A stretch of DNA of 63,323 bases, counting the filler, from Desulfonatronovibrionaceae bacterium (GTDB taxonomy: Bacteria > Desulfobacterota > Desulfovibrionia > Desulfovibrionales > Desulfonatronovibrionaceae), in NCBI GenBank assembly GCA_046539845.1. It is 3 parts of 2 records of this genome, joined end to end, with 100 filler letters (N's around TTAATTAATTAA, not from the genome) between each part and the next. Parts side by side here need not be neighbours in the genome. Positions count along the whole stretch, not along the records: positions 13,037 to 32,123 come from JBKHGE010000005.1; positions 32,224 to 63,323 come from JBKHGE010000025.1; 1 more part is not named here. One strand, written 5' to 3'. Below are positions 28,788-39,403 of this stretch, piece by piece. The notes under the pieces are model-generated. The model saw nothing but the letters and a program-made list of their open reading frames with translations, had not been told where the DNA came from and searched no databases. A program made the translations under genes and the position numbers. The first letter of the stretch is position 1; every line of letters starts with the position of its first letter.

Positions 28788-30170
28788 ATGGCTTTACAAT
28801 ATGACACCATAATCGTCGGAGGCGGTCCGGCCGGACTTTTTGCCGCCTGGCACCTGGCAGGGAAACCGAATCATAAAGTCATCTTGCTGGAAAAGGGCCG
28901 GCACCCGAAAAAGAGGAAGTGCCCTATAAAAGAGGATCAGGAATGTCTGAAGTGCAATCCCTGCAATATCCTCTCCGGGATTGGCGGGGCCGGCCTGTTT
29001 TCTGATGGAAAGCTGAACTTCATCCATAAGCTGGGAAAAACCGACTTAACCCAGTTTTTGCCCAAAACCGAGGCCCGAGACCTTATCCGCGAAACCGAAG
29101 AGATATTCAACCGCTTTGGCATGGACGGCCAAATCTATCCCACGGACATGGCCTCGGCCAAAGACTTCCGCAAACAGGCCCGGAAATACGGGATTGAACT
29201 CTTGCTTATCAAACAAAAACACCTGGGCAGTGATTGCCTCCCCAGACATATCGCGGCCATGGCCGAGGCAATAGAGAAAAAGGGCGTGCATATAGCCTGT
29301 AATGAGGAAGTCCGTGAAGTTTTGACCGAAAACGGGCGGGTCTTGGGAGTGAGGACTGATAAAAACGAGTACGAGGCCCAAAATATTGTCCTCGCCCCGG
29401 GCCGTGTGGGAGCGGACTGGATGGGGGAAATCGCCGCTGGTATGGGCCTGGAAGTCACCCAAAGGGGTATTGAGGTCGGGGTTCGGGTGGAGGTGCACAA
29501 CGAGATAATGCAGGACCTGACCGATATCATCTATGACCCGACCTTTTTCATCCAGACCCAAAAATACGACGATCAGACCAGGACCTTTTGCACCAACCGC
29601 GGGGGGTTTGTAAGCCTGGAGAACTATCAGAACTTTGTCTGCGTGAACGGACACGCCTACCTGAACACCAAGTCCGAGAACACCAATTTTGCCTTTTTGT
29701 CCAAAGTAGTTTTGACCGACCCGGTAACGGACAACCATTCCTATGGCGAGGCCATCGGCCGCCTGGCTACCCTTATCGGCGGAGGCAAACCGCTTTTGCA
29801 GAGATTCGGGGACTTAAAACGGGGCAGACGCAGCACCTGGAACCGAGTCCGCAAGGGGTATATAGAGCCGAGCATGAAAAACGTGGTCTGCGGGGACATA
29901 GCCATGGCCCTGCCGGAAAGGATTCTGACCAATGTCATTGAAGGCCTGGAACAGCTGAACTGCGTCGTCCCCGGCGTGTCCAACTCCGAGACCCTGCTCT
30001 ACGCCCCGGAAATAAAATTCTTTGCCACCCAGGTGGTCACCGACAAAAACCTGCAGACTAAGGTGCAAGGCTTGTTTGTGGCCGGAGACGGCCCTGGAGT
30101 GGCTGGAAACATTGTCTCTGCGGCCGCAACCGGGATTCTGGCCGCCAAAGGGGTCCTGGCGGAAAGGTAG
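28788..30170 (+). CDS. NAD(P)/FAD-dependent oxidoreductase with Cys cluster
   Basis: GGGPAG, C-x6-CxxCxxC, GGAGLFSDGKL, RTFCTN and AGDGPG. Confidence 0.85.
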   Translation: MALQYDTIIVGGGPAGLFAAWHLAGKPNHKVILLEKGRHPKKRKCPIKEDQECLKCNPCNILSGIGGAGLFSDGKLNFIHKLGKTDLTQFLPKTEARDLIRETEEIFNRFGMDGQIYPTDMASAKDFRKQARKYGIELLLIKQKHLGSDCLPRHIAAMAEAIEKKGVHIACNEEVREVLTENGRVLGVRTDKNEYEAQNIVLAPGRVGADWMGEIAAGMGLEVTQRGIEVGVRVEVHNEIMQDLTDIIYDPTFFIQTQKYDDQTRTFCTNRGGFVSLENYQNFVCVNGHAYLNTKSENTNFAFLSKVVLTDPVTDNHSYGEAIGRLATLIGGGKPLLQRFGDLKRGRRSTWNRVRKGYIEPSMKNVVCGDIAMALPERILTNVIEGLEQLNCVVPGVSNSETLLYAPEIKFFATQVVTDKNLQTKVQGLFVAGDGPGVAGNIVSAAATGILAAKGVLAER

Positions 30171-30174
30171 TAAA

Positions 30175-30762
30175 CTACAAATGTTTCAGGTCATCGGGAT
30201 GATTGACGTTAAAAAAACAGGTCGACCTCTCTACCGAGTACGGGATATGATGCCTGAAGCTTTCGGGTATAAGCCTTGAAAGCTTATACACTCCCTGTTT
30301 AAGACCGGGATAGAGAAAGGAAAGCGCCCCGGGTTCATATATAGACACCAGTGCTTCTATATACCCGGTCTCGACCTGAAGGAAGGTGGTCATAACCGCA
30401 CTGGCGGGCCTTTGCTTTCTCTCTTTTATCAACAGATTTAGACATCCGGGCCCCAAAAACGGCAAGTCACAGGCCAAAACAAGACAAGGTCTGTTCCCGG
30501 CCAGCCGTAGGGCGGTCAAAATCCCGCCCAACGGTCCGATTCCCGGGTAGTCGTCCGGACTCCAGTCAATATCTAAACCGAACTCCCGAGCCGAACGGCC
30601 AATAAACAAAACCCGGGGGCAAAACCCTTTAATGAGTTTGACCATCCGAACCGGTAAATATTCCCTGTTTACCTGGACCAAGCATTTATCCCGGCCCAGC
30701 CGTCTGCTCTCCCCGCCGGCCAGGACCACACCCACTACATCCAGCCCAGGTTTTTTTTCCAT
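30175..30762 (-). CDS. mobA: Molybdenum cofactor guanylyltransferase
   Basis: LAGGESRRLGRDK, GPLGGI, ACDLP and FFNVN motifs. Confidence 0.9.
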   Translation of the reverse strand: MEKKPGLDVVGVVLAGGESRRLGRDKCLVQVNREYLPVRMVKLIKGFCPRVLFIGRSAREFGLDIDWSPDDYPGIGPLGGILTALRLAGNRPCLVLACDLPFLGPGCLNLLIKERKQRPASAVMTTFLQVETGYIEALVSIYEPGALSFLYPGLKQGVYKLSRLIPESFRHHIPYSVERSTCFFNVNHPDDLKHL

Positions 30763-30910
30763 ACCCTTTCACCTGAAACTAACTCTTCGTTACTGCCGGC
30801 GCACTTTTTTCCTAGCAAATATTCTGTCTGACCCGCTTCATGCTTGGCATTGTCACCACAGAGCTACCAACGACCAGGATTGGTTTCCGAGGTGCATATG
30901 ACCCGACTCA

Positions 30911-31837
30911 TCAGGGGGCGCACGGATCGCCGGGGCCGCCCCGTCCTGTCTGCAAAAAGAACTCCTTGTATAATCGCCGGTATCTGGGCAGGCTGTACTC
31001 GTCTATCCACCGTTCATAGGCCTTTCTGTAGCGCTTAAGGGGCCGTACTTCTCTGAGCACCCGGTTTATATCCGAGATAACCTTTGCCCCCCATTTTGTT
31101 TTCGGACAGGCCACATAACCGAGCCAGGAACAATAGTCGCCCTGATTCTCCTTTAAATGGACAACCTTAAGTCGGTCGCGGACACCTTTATGCTCCGCCC
31201 AGTACATCACTTCTTCCGGAAGAGCCAGGGTATAGTCCACCCGCCCCCCAAGAACCATCTGCAGAGTCTTTTCCCCGATATCCTGACCAAAATACCAGTG
31301 TATATCCGAATCACGACCCTGTTCACTCAAGATCACATCCAAGGTAGTGCCGTAGGAGCGCTCACTGACCAGGGCAGCGTCCAGATCGTTGCGTGTAAGC
31401 ACATCCTTCAGACTGACCATCTCTCCAGCTTTGGGCAAATCGGCATTCTCCCGGAGTGCAACCAAGACCACAGGGAAGGTAATGGTGTTGGGAATGGAGA
31501 AATACATAAACTCTCTTCTCTCCGGAGTGCGGTAAAAGGCCACATGACATACCTGCCGGCCCTGCTTGAATTCTTTATATATCCGGGAAACATTGGCTAT
31601 CTCGGATTCGTACTCATAACCCTGCAGCTCTTGTTCCAATATCTGCGTAATCACATCTTCATATCCCATCCCCTCATAAGGACCACTGTGAATAAAACAC
31701 GGTGGGAAATCAGGTTCAAGCCAGGTAATCACTTCATTCTTCTTTTCCTGGGCATAACCAGGCCCCACGGCGGCCAAAAAAAGAACCAGCAGGGAATAAA
31801 ATATGGACCTTAGGCAATTCAGGGCCAAAATATGCAT
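30911..31837 (-). CDS. Periplasmic solute-binding (family 3-like) protein
   Basis: Signal peptide, DFPPCFI, RTPERRE..FS and YVACPKTKWG. Confidence 0.75.
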   Translation of the reverse strand: MHILALNCLRSIFYSLLVLFLAAVGPGYAQEKKNEVITWLEPDFPPCFIHSGPYEGMGYEDVITQILEQELQGYEYESEIANVSRIYKEFKQGRQVCHVAFYRTPERREFMYFSIPNTITFPVVLVALRENADLPKAGEMVSLKDVLTRNDLDAALVSERSYGTTLDVILSEQGRDSDIHWYFGQDIGEKTLQMVLGGRVDYTLALPEEVMYWAEHKGVRDRLKVVHLKENQGDYCSWLGYVACPKTKWGAKVISDINRVLREVRPLKRYRKAYERWIDEYSLPRYRRLYKEFFLQTGRGGPGDPCAP

Positions 31838-32123
31838 ACCACTCTCCGGGTTTCTACGGGGATGATTGCGGCCTAGCAAGGCCGGCTGGAGCAATGACCG
31901 ACAAAAGCCAACTCATGCCGGCCCGAATTTTTCGAGCTGCCGGACACTATCACTTTAGATATTAACCTAGAAATGCAAGGAAATAAAGACTAACATAACC
32001 TCCGCTCTGAACGGAGGATTACTCGATATCAGCTGCTTTTCCAGTATTCGGGAGTATCCCGGAGCAAGGTTCTCCTCTATAATTATTTTGATCTATCAAG
32101 GCTTGTTTAAAGCGGATTTTATC

Positions 32124-32223
32124 NNNNNNNNNNNNNNNNNNNNNNNNNNNNNNNNNNNNNNNNNNNNTTAATTAATTAANNNNNNNNNNNNNNNNNNNNN
32201 NNNNNNNNNNNNNNNNNNNNNNN
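32124..32223. other. Artificial contig linker / assembly gap
   Basis: 44 N + TTAATTAATTAA + 44 N. Confidence 0.95.
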
Positions 32224-32704
32224 ATGTTTAAAATGCAGTATGACTGCAAAGTTGATGTAACAATTTCACGGATCTAGGTATATATAAAAAATACATAAAT
32301 ATTAATGCATCAAAGAGAAAGATGCAAAAAAATGTCAAATCATGCATTAAAAAATGCATCGTATTGCTGACTTGACAACACTTCCTTTTTATGGAATACA
32401 ATCTTCTATAGTTTGAAAGGCCTGAGACAGATAAAAACAAAGGCAATAATTTTTTGTGCTATCCTCAAAAAATTATTGAACAAATATAATTTATCCATCA
32501 CCAGTAATTAGTCTGGTCGTAGAAGCAGCATGATCCCTTATATCCTCATAGACCTAACAGTTGCCGAACTCTGAAGCAACTCCCATGTCATTATTCGACC
32601 GGGTAACAGCCATAGTGATTCCTTTACTGAAAAAAGTGGAAAATCTCATGGCCACAGCCGCGAGACGTAACTTAGATAATCTTAACTCAACTTAAGGAGG
32701 GAAC

Positions 32705-33490
32705 ATGAAAAAACTACTAACTCTTGTGACAGTGACTGCAATGCTTGTGAGCCTGTTGCTTATGTCCGGATGCGGTGAAGAGGAACAAGACTCCTTGACC
32801 CGAGTCAAGGACAAGGGCGAGATCAGCTTTGCCATGAGCGGAGGTTATCCCCCGTTTAATTTCTACAATGAAGAGAACGAATTAGTCGGGTTTGACGTGG
32901 ATGTGGGCAAAGCCGTGGCCGAGAGGCTCGACGTGGAGTTCAAACCGGTAACCACGGAATGGAGCGGCATAATCGAGGGCTTGCGCTCCGGGGCCTATGA
33001 CGGGATTCTGGGTTCCATGGCCGTTACTCCGGACAGGGAGAAGGTTGTGGATTTCTCCACCCCCTACTATTATTCTGGGGCCCAGTTGGTGGTACGCAAC
33101 GACTCCGATTTCTCTTCTCCGGATGATCTGGAAGGAAAGATTATCGGTGTGGTCACCGGGACCACTTTTGAAGACGACGCCGAGAAACTGGGCGCCGGCA
33201 AAGTCAACCTGTACAAGGACGACACCCAGACCCTTACCGAGTTGAACAACGAGGTCGTGGACGCAGTGATCACTGACCGCGTAGTCGGAGTGAACGCCAT
33301 GAACAGCGGCAAATTCGAGATCGAACTGCTGGGCACTCCGCTGCGCAGCGAAGACATAGCCGTGGCCTTCCGCAAGGACGAAGATACCCTGCGTGATGAG
33401 GTAGACTCCATTTTAGAGGACATGCATGCGGACGGCACCCTGACCGAGATAAGCCGGAGATGGCTGAACGTGGACGTAACCAAGAAGTAG
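32705..33490 (+). CDS. Polar amino acid ABC substrate-binding lipoprotein
   Basis: Lipobox MSGC, YPPFNF, GFDVD and DFSTPYY; very acidic; AAGGAGG RBS. Confidence 0.9.
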   Translation: MKKLLTLVTVTAMLVSLLLMSGCGEEEQDSLTRVKDKGEISFAMSGGYPPFNFYNEENELVGFDVDVGKAVAERLDVEFKPVTTEWSGIIEGLRSGAYDGILGSMAVTPDREKVVDFSTPYYYSGAQLVVRNDSDFSSPDDLEGKIIGVVTGTTFEDDAEKLGAGKVNLYKDDTQTLTELNNEVVDAVITDRVVGVNAMNSGKFEIELLGTPLRSEDIAVAFRKDEDTLRDEVDSILEDMHADGTLTEISRRWLNVDVTKK

Positions 33491-33613
33491 ACCTGTCCCC
33501 GGGGCCGGGCTTGTGCCCGGTCCCGTCGGCAGAGACCATGCCTTTGCAGGTCTTTTGCGGTCATTGATTCACCGGACTGTTAACTGCCGCAGAACAAAAA
33601 GGAAGAAGTAACA

Positions 33614-34264
33614 ATGGGCTACGATTTTACAGCAATATTTCAGTACCTCCCCTACTTTCTGCCGGCGGCCTGGATGACCATAGAAATCACCGTGTTGGGG
33701 ATTCTCCTCGGCCTTTTGCTCGGTCTGATCACCGCCTTTGCCAAGATATCAAAAAAAATGATTTTCAATCTCCCGGCCACCGCTTATATTTATTTGATCC
33801 GGGGGACTCCGCTTCTACTGCAGCTTTTATTTATCTACTACGGCATGCGCGGAATACTAGGCCTGGCCGCCCTGCCCTCGGCAGTGCTGGCCCTGGGGAT
33901 ACATAACGGGGCATATATTGCGGAGATATTCCGGGGGGCGATCATCTCCATCTCCTCCGGGCAGATGGAAGCGGCCAGATCCCTGGGCATGACTTACAGT
34001 CGGGCCATGCTGCGTATAATACTGCCCCAGGCATTCAAAAGATCGGTACCTCCCCTGGGCAACCAATTCATTATCGCGCTTAAGGATTCGTCTTTGGCCA
34101 GTACCATCACCATACATGAACTCTTGCTCAAGTCGCAGCAGCTGGCCTCTTCCAATTTCATGATGATGGAGATGCTGACCATAGCCGCATTTTTCTATCT
34201 CATTTACACCGGTCTGTTCACTTGGCTTTTCAACACAATAGAGTCTTATATGGAGACCAACTAA
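33614..34264 (+). CDS. Polar amino acid ABC permease
   Basis: RGTPLLLQL, AYIAEIFRG, GQMEAARSLG and LKDSSL motifs. Confidence 0.95.
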   Translation: MGYDFTAIFQYLPYFLPAAWMTIEITVLGILLGLLLGLITAFAKISKKMIFNLPATAYIYLIRGTPLLLQLLFIYYGMRGILGLAALPSAVLALGIHNGAYIAEIFRGAIISISSGQMEAARSLGMTYSRAMLRIILPQAFKRSVPPLGNQFIIALKDSSLASTITIHELLLKSQQLASSNFMMMEMLTIAAFFYLIYTGLFTWLFNTIESYMETN

Positions 34265-34279
34265 CAGCAGAGAGTACCC

Positions 34280-35014
34280 ATGACTGAAAACCTGATAGAG
34301 ATAAGCGATCTGCACAAATGGTTCGGGGAACTGCACGTTTTAAAGGGCATCGACATGGAGGTCCACCCCTCGGAGGTGGTGGCCATAATCGGGGCCAGCG
34401 GCTCCGGTAAGAGCACGCTCCTCAGGTGCGTAAACCTCCTGGAAAGATTCCAGCAGGGAACCATCTCGGTACAGGGACAAAAAATCCGGGACAATGAAAA
34501 AGAAATCAACGCCATACGCACCAAGCTGGGCATGGTTTTCCAACACTTCAATCTCTTCCCACACATGACCGTGCTCGGGAATGTTGTTGAGGGCCCGACC
34601 CAGGTATTGAAAAAGAAAAAAAAGGAAGCAAAGGACACCGGCCGCTACTACCTGGAAAAAGTGGGTATGCTGGACAAACAGGACGTATATCCGAACATGC
34701 TTTCCGGCGGCCAGAAGCAGAGGGTGGCCATCGCCCGCTCCCTGGCCATGCAGCCGGAAGTGATGCTCTTTGATGAACCCACTTCCGCCCTGGACCCGGA
34801 GCTGGTCGGAGAGGTCCTGAAAGTAATAAAGAAACTGGCCGAGGAAGGAATGACCATGATGGTCGTCACCCATGAAATGGGGTTCGCCAAGGAAGTGGCG
34901 GACAAGGTGTATTACATGGATGAGGGAGTAGTAGTGGAACAGGGACCGCCTTCCCAGCTCTTTGAATCCCCTGTACAGGAACGGACCAAGGCCTTTTTAA
35001 GCCAGATTCTTTAG
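34280..35014 (+). CDS. Polar amino acid ABC ATPase
   Basis: [17 protein letters not shown] and [11 protein letters not shown]. Confidence 0.95.
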   Translation: MTENLIEISDLHKWFGELHVLKGIDMEVHPSEVVAIIGASGSGKSTLLRCVNLLERFQQGTISVQGQKIRDNEKEINAIRTKLGMVFQHFNLFPHMTVLGNVVEGPTQVLKKKKKEAKDTGRYYLEKVGMLDKQDVYPNMLSGGQKQRVAIARSLAMQPEVMLFDEPTSALDPELVGEVLKVIKKLAEEGMTMMVVTHEMGFAKEVADKVYYMDEGVVVEQGPPSQLFESPVQERTKAFLSQIL

Positions 35015-35176
35015 CCTTCCAGCCCTGACTTTTCCCATTTTCAACACCAACACAGATCCGTGGCGTATCCGGTCTTGTTTCCGGATACGCCCGGGTCATA
35101 CAGGCATGGTTTTTCTTGCCTTTCGCCTCTGCATGAGGGAAAGCGCTAAAAAGCCGATTTTACCAAGGAGACATAC

Positions 35177-36493
35177 ATGAAAATCTACAGCAAACAGCAA
35201 AGAGAAGTAGCCAAAAAAATTAGCAAAGAAAGTGACCGGGATAATTGGACAGACTGGAAATGGCATATCCGGCATTCGGTGCGGGACATAGACACCTTTG
35301 AGAAATTGAGCGGGATCCGGTTCAACCCGAAAGAGAAGGAAAAATACGCGGAAGTAGTGGCCCGTTTCCCGATATCCATAACCCCCTATTATCTGTCCCT
35401 TATCGACTCCGAGGACTACGCGAACGATCCTATTTTTCGCCAGTCCTTCCCCTCCCTGGAGGAACTGGATATAAACCAGTTTGACATGAGTGATCCCCTG
35501 CACGAGGACGAGGACAGCCCGGTGGAGGGTATCACCCACCGCTATCCGGACCGGGTGCTTTTCCATGTCAGCAATACGTGTTCCATGTACTGCCGCCACT
35601 GCACCCGGAAAAGAAAAGTGGGTGATCGCGACTTTATTCCGGACAAAGAGCAGCTTAAAAAGGGCATCGATTACATCCGCCAAAACCCCAGGGTAAGAGA
35701 TGTACTCCTTTCCGGCGGGGACCCGCTCATGTTTCCGAACGAGAAGATCGACTGGCTTTTGGGTAAGCTGCGGGCTATCGAGCACGTGGAAATCATCCGC
35801 ATCGGGACTAGGATGCCTGTTGTCCTGCCGTACAGAGTCACTGAAGACCTGGTCCGGATCATCAAAAAGCATCACCCGATATGGCTGAATACGCACTTTA
35901 ACCATCCCCGGGAGATTACCCAGTCTTCCCGCCGGGCCCTGAACCGTCTGGCGGATGCCGGAACCCCGCTGGGAAACCAGACCGTGCTTCTGGCCGGGGT
36001 AAACGACTGTCCGCGTTTGATGCGCAAGCTGGTGCAAAAGCTGGTGGCCAGCCGGGTCCGGCCCTATTACATGTACCAATGCGATCTGTCCGAGGGACTG
36101 ACCCATTTCCGGACCCCGGTGGGCAAAGGGATTGAGATCATCGAATCCCTGATCGGGCACACCAGCGGCTTCGCTGTGCCCACCTACGTGATCGACGCCC
36201 CGGGAGGAGGAGGGAAGATCCCGGTCATGCCCAACTATATAATCTCTTGGGGGACCAACAAGGTGGTTCTGCGCAACTACGAGGGAGTGATCACCACCTA
36301 CCACGAGCCGGACTGTTATTGGGCCACATTCTGCGACCGCAAATGCAGCCAGTGCAATCTGACCCTTAAAGAAGGGGACGCCGAGGAATACAAGGCGATC
36401 GGAATTGAGAAGCTGCTCTCGGACTGGGATGAGACCGAAAGCCTAACTCCGGCGGAAAACGAACGCATGGAAAGGAGGGGGGATGAAGGATAA
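35177..36493 (+). CDS. ablA: Lysine 2,3-aminomutase (radical SAM)
   Basis: [20 protein letters not shown] and APGGGGK; adjacent to ablB. Confidence 0.95.
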   Translation: MKIYSKQQREVAKKISKESDRDNWTDWKWHIRHSVRDIDTFEKLSGIRFNPKEKEKYAEVVARFPISITPYYLSLIDSEDYANDPIFRQSFPSLEELDINQFDMSDPLHEDEDSPVEGITHRYPDRVLFHVSNTCSMYCRHCTRKRKVGDRDFIPDKEQLKKGIDYIRQNPRVRDVLLSGGDPLMFPNEKIDWLLGKLRAIEHVEIIRIGTRMPVVLPYRVTEDLVRIIKKHHPIWLNTHFNHPREITQSSRRALNRLADAGTPLGNQTVLLAGVNDCPRLMRKLVQKLVASRVRPYYMYQCDLSEGLTHFRTPVGKGIEIIESLIGHTSGFAVPTYVIDAPGGGGKIPVMPNYIISWGTNKVVLRNYEGVITTYHEPDCYWATFCDRKCSQCNLTLKEGDAEEYKAIGIEKLLSDWDETESLTPAENERMERRGDEG

Positions 36494-37379
36494 GATCGAA
36501 GACCTGCTTGGAGCGACTGTGCAGCACGGCCCCTTATCCGACCGCATCTACCTCATGCACATGGGGGATGCCGAGCCGGACCCCTTGATTGAGAGCCTGC
36601 ACTCCCTGGCCCGGGATAAAGGATACGGGAAGATATTCGCCAAGGTCCCGGGCAGGGCCTTGAGCCCGTTTTTGAACAGCGGCTTTGTCCGGGAGGCCAC
36701 CGTCCCGGCCATGTACTCCGGAAAAGAAGACGCCTTTTTTCTAGCCAGGTTTTTGGATACGCGCCGAAGCGAGATCAAGGACAGGCAGACAATCTATCAC
36801 GTCCTGGAGGTGTGCGAAAAAAAATCCGGCATGGGACACGGTATACTCCCGCCCGGATTCACCCCCCGGCTTATGACCGAGGACGACTGCCCGGAGATGG
36901 CCAAGCTCTATTGCCAGGTGTTCGATTCCTATCCCTTCCCCATAACCGACCCGGATTACCTGCTTAAGACGATGCGTTCACACGTGATCTACGCCGGTAT
37001 GTACCACGGGGAAAGACTGGCCGCCTTAGCCTCCGCAGAGGTCGACCCCAAGGGGAAAAACGCGGAGATGACCGACTTCGCCACCCGGCCTGAATTCCGG
37101 GAAAACCGGCTGGCCACGCACCTATTGGAATTTCTGATCCACAAACTCGGCCTCCACCCCCTTTTGGACATTCGCACCGGCTACACCATAGCCAGATGTG
37201 TATCCTACGGCATAAATATAGCCTTTGCCCGCTGCGGGTTCACTTTCGGAGGCATCCTGGTGAACAACACCAATATCGCCGGGGAGGTGGAAAGCATGAA
37301 TGTCTGGTACAAACCCCTAAGCACAATCCGGGAGCACCCCGGAGAACCATCGGCCCATCTTATTCCTCCGGCGGAATAA
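36483..37379 (+). CDS. ablB: Beta-lysine N-acetyltransferase
   Basis: [29 protein letters not shown] and ESMNVWYK; overlaps ablA. Confidence 0.9.
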   Translation: MKDKIEDLLGATVQHGPLSDRIYLMHMGDAEPDPLIESLHSLARDKGYGKIFAKVPGRALSPFLNSGFVREATVPAMYSGKEDAFFLARFLDTRRSEIKDRQTIYHVLEVCEKKSGMGHGILPPGFTPRLMTEDDCPEMAKLYCQVFDSYPFPITDPDYLLKTMRSHVIYAGMYHGERLAALASAEVDPKGKNAEMTDFATRPEFRENRLATHLLEFLIHKLGLHPLLDIRTGYTIARCVSYGINIAFARCGFTFGGILVNNTNIAGEVESMNVWYKPLSTIREHPGEPSAHLIPPAE

Positions 37380-37921
37380 AGGCGGACCGAGTGCAAAACT
37401 CTATCTTTCGGGTTTTTCCGGCGCCTCTGCCCCCCACCCTACCCCGGCTTAATATGTATTTGGACTGTTGACAAAAAGCATCTACGCATAATAAACAGCT
37501 CTTTCCCTTACCCGCCAAGGACATTGGGCTATCCTTTGCCCGCAATCCATCATTAAAATAAGAAAATGAAAACTCACCATTTCTGGTCATGGACAACATG
37601 ACTCCGCTCACCGTCAAAATACTACCCTTCAGAAAAACCGACTTGACTTTTTTGACTGGCCATACATCAGTGTAAAAATTCTTCAAACCATGGTTAAATG
37701 CAATCCTGAAGAGTACGTATTTGCTCCCATAAGGAGCTCATTGTTTATATGCGCATTTGCTATGTCAATTGACGGGCAAAAATTACTTCCTTTACGCAGT
37801 TATTGTCTTTTGCGCCGGAGGCGTATTTTCCCGGCTGCATCGCAAAATAACCGCCGGGCATTTTTGTTCTCGGTATTGGGTTTGCCCGGCATTGCTGCCG
37901 GCCATTTAAGGAGAATCCGTC

Positions 37922-38575
37922 ATGTATGTCGGCCTGAAGATGCTCAAGGACTTTTACCGCTGCACTCCGGAGACACTGGTAAAAGATGCCCAGAGGCAGA
38001 TGGAAGACCATAACCTGTGGATGCTTCTGGTTATGGAGGGGGAGAAGCTGCAGGGATATGTTCGCAAAGAAGACATAATGGCTGCTTTGCCGTCCATGAT
38101 GACCTCTCTTTCCAGGCACGAAGTCAACTATCTGCTCTCGCGACTGAAGGTGAAAAAACTGGTGCGCAAAGACATGGTTACTGTGTCGCCGGAGCTTGAA
38201 ATCGAGGCGGCGGCCCATTTGATGTGGGAAAAAAACCTGGCCGGACTGGCGGTGGTGGACTACCAGGGCCACCTCCTCGGCTACATCAACCGCAATGTCA
38301 TGCTCCAGGTCTTTGTCGAAGAAATGGGCTACGACCGTGGAGGGTCGCGCATCGTGTTCGAAGTCCTGGACCGGGCCGGGGTGCTCAAGGAGATCTCCGG
38401 GCTGATAGCCGATCTGGGATTCTCCATAATCTCCACCGGGACCTATTTCCATCGCAATATGCGCTTGGTCGTGATCCGTGTGGACACCGATGATCCCTCC
38501 ATTATCGCCGCCAGAATGCAGGATTTGGGATACAAGCTGGTCAGTGCAACCGATTTCATGGACGAGTGGCAGTAA
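37922..38575 (+). CDS. CBS-pair + ACT domain protein (AcuB-like)
   Basis: Two CBS repeats, then DRAGVL ACT domain. Confidence 0.85.
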   Translation: MYVGLKMLKDFYRCTPETLVKDAQRQMEDHNLWMLLVMEGEKLQGYVRKEDIMAALPSMMTSLSRHEVNYLLSRLKVKKLVRKDMVTVSPELEIEAAAHLMWEKNLAGLAVVDYQGHLLGYINRNVMLQVFVEEMGYDRGGSRIVFEVLDRAGVLKEISGLIADLGFSIISTGTYFHRNMRLVVIRVDTDDPSIIAARMQDLGYKLVSATDFMDEWQ

Positions 38576-39339
38576 TGGCCGGATTAAAAGCGGACAGGGT
38601 CACGCTCACCTTCAAGGGGATAGCCGCGCTTCTGGATGTCTCTTTTGCGGTGGAGGACAAATCCATCACCTCACTTATCGGGCCGAACGGGGCCGGGAAG
38701 ACCAGCATGCTGAACTGCATCTCCGGCAGATACAAACCGGACAAGGGATCGATCCTGCTGGATGACAGGCAACTTTTGCCTATACCCGCCTACAGGCGCA
38801 CCGGGCTTGGCCTCTCGCGCACCTTTCAGAACATAGCCCTGTTTAAAGGGCTCTCCGTGCTGGACAATCTGACAGTAGGCCGCCACCGGCGTATAGACTA
38901 CGGCCTTTTGGCCTCCATCCTGTATGTGGGCCGGGCCAGGCGCACGGAAGACGAGCACCGCCGCAAGGTGGAGGAAGTGATCGATTTTCTGAATCTCTCC
39001 CCGTATAGACACAAGCCAGCCGGATATTTGCCCTACGGAGTGCAGAAACGGGTCGAGCTCGGCCGGGCTTTGGCCTCGGATCCAGAGCTTATACTTTTGG
39101 ACGAACCCATGGCCGGGATGAACATGGAAGAAACCGAGGACATGGCCAGATATATCTTGGATATTAACGAGGAATGGGGAGTGACCGTCCTCTTGGTCGA
39201 ACACGACATGGGGGTGGTCATGGATATCTCCGACCGGGTGGTGGTCCTCAACTTTGGCTCCGTGCTTGCCGAAGGGGGACCAGATGAAGTGGCCCGGGAC
39301 CCGGAGGTAATCCGGGCATATCTCGGAAACGGCAATTGA
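38575..39339 (+). CDS. LivG-type ABC ATPase
   Basis: GPNGAGKT, RTFQN, LPYG, LDEP and VEHDM. Confidence 0.9.
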   Translation: MAGLKADRVTLTFKGIAALLDVSFAVEDKSITSLIGPNGAGKTSMLNCISGRYKPDKGSILLDDRQLLPIPAYRRTGLGLSRTFQNIALFKGLSVLDNLTVGRHRRIDYGLLASILYVGRARRTEDEHRRKVEEVIDFLNLSPYRHKPAGYLPYGVQKRVELGRALASDPELILLDEPMAGMNMEETEDMARYILDINEEWGVTVLLVEHDMGVVMDISDRVVVLNFGSVLAEGGPDEVARDPEVIRAYLGNGN

Positions 39340-39403
39340 GCTCGCCTTCCCGGGGATTCCCGGCCCCAAAGACTATGTACAACAGTTAACCCCAAAACCG
39401 GAC

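Noticed and set aside
32519..32660. Canonical lysine riboswitch
   Set aside because: Lacks the AGUA, GAAAGG and ACUGUC/GGAG core elements; kept only as an unclassified structured leader.
35096..36304. 402-aa antisense ORF, and similar long antisense ORFs (24366-25400, 61580-62599, 6165-7025)
   Set aside because: Shadows of well-supported genes on the opposite strand; no motifs.
37690..38013. Possible Leu-rich leader/attenuator before the CBS-ACT operon (CCCGGC..GCCGGG-CATTTTT hairpin)
   Set aside because: The ORF has no stop before the hairpin, no compact codon run and no clear antiterminator.
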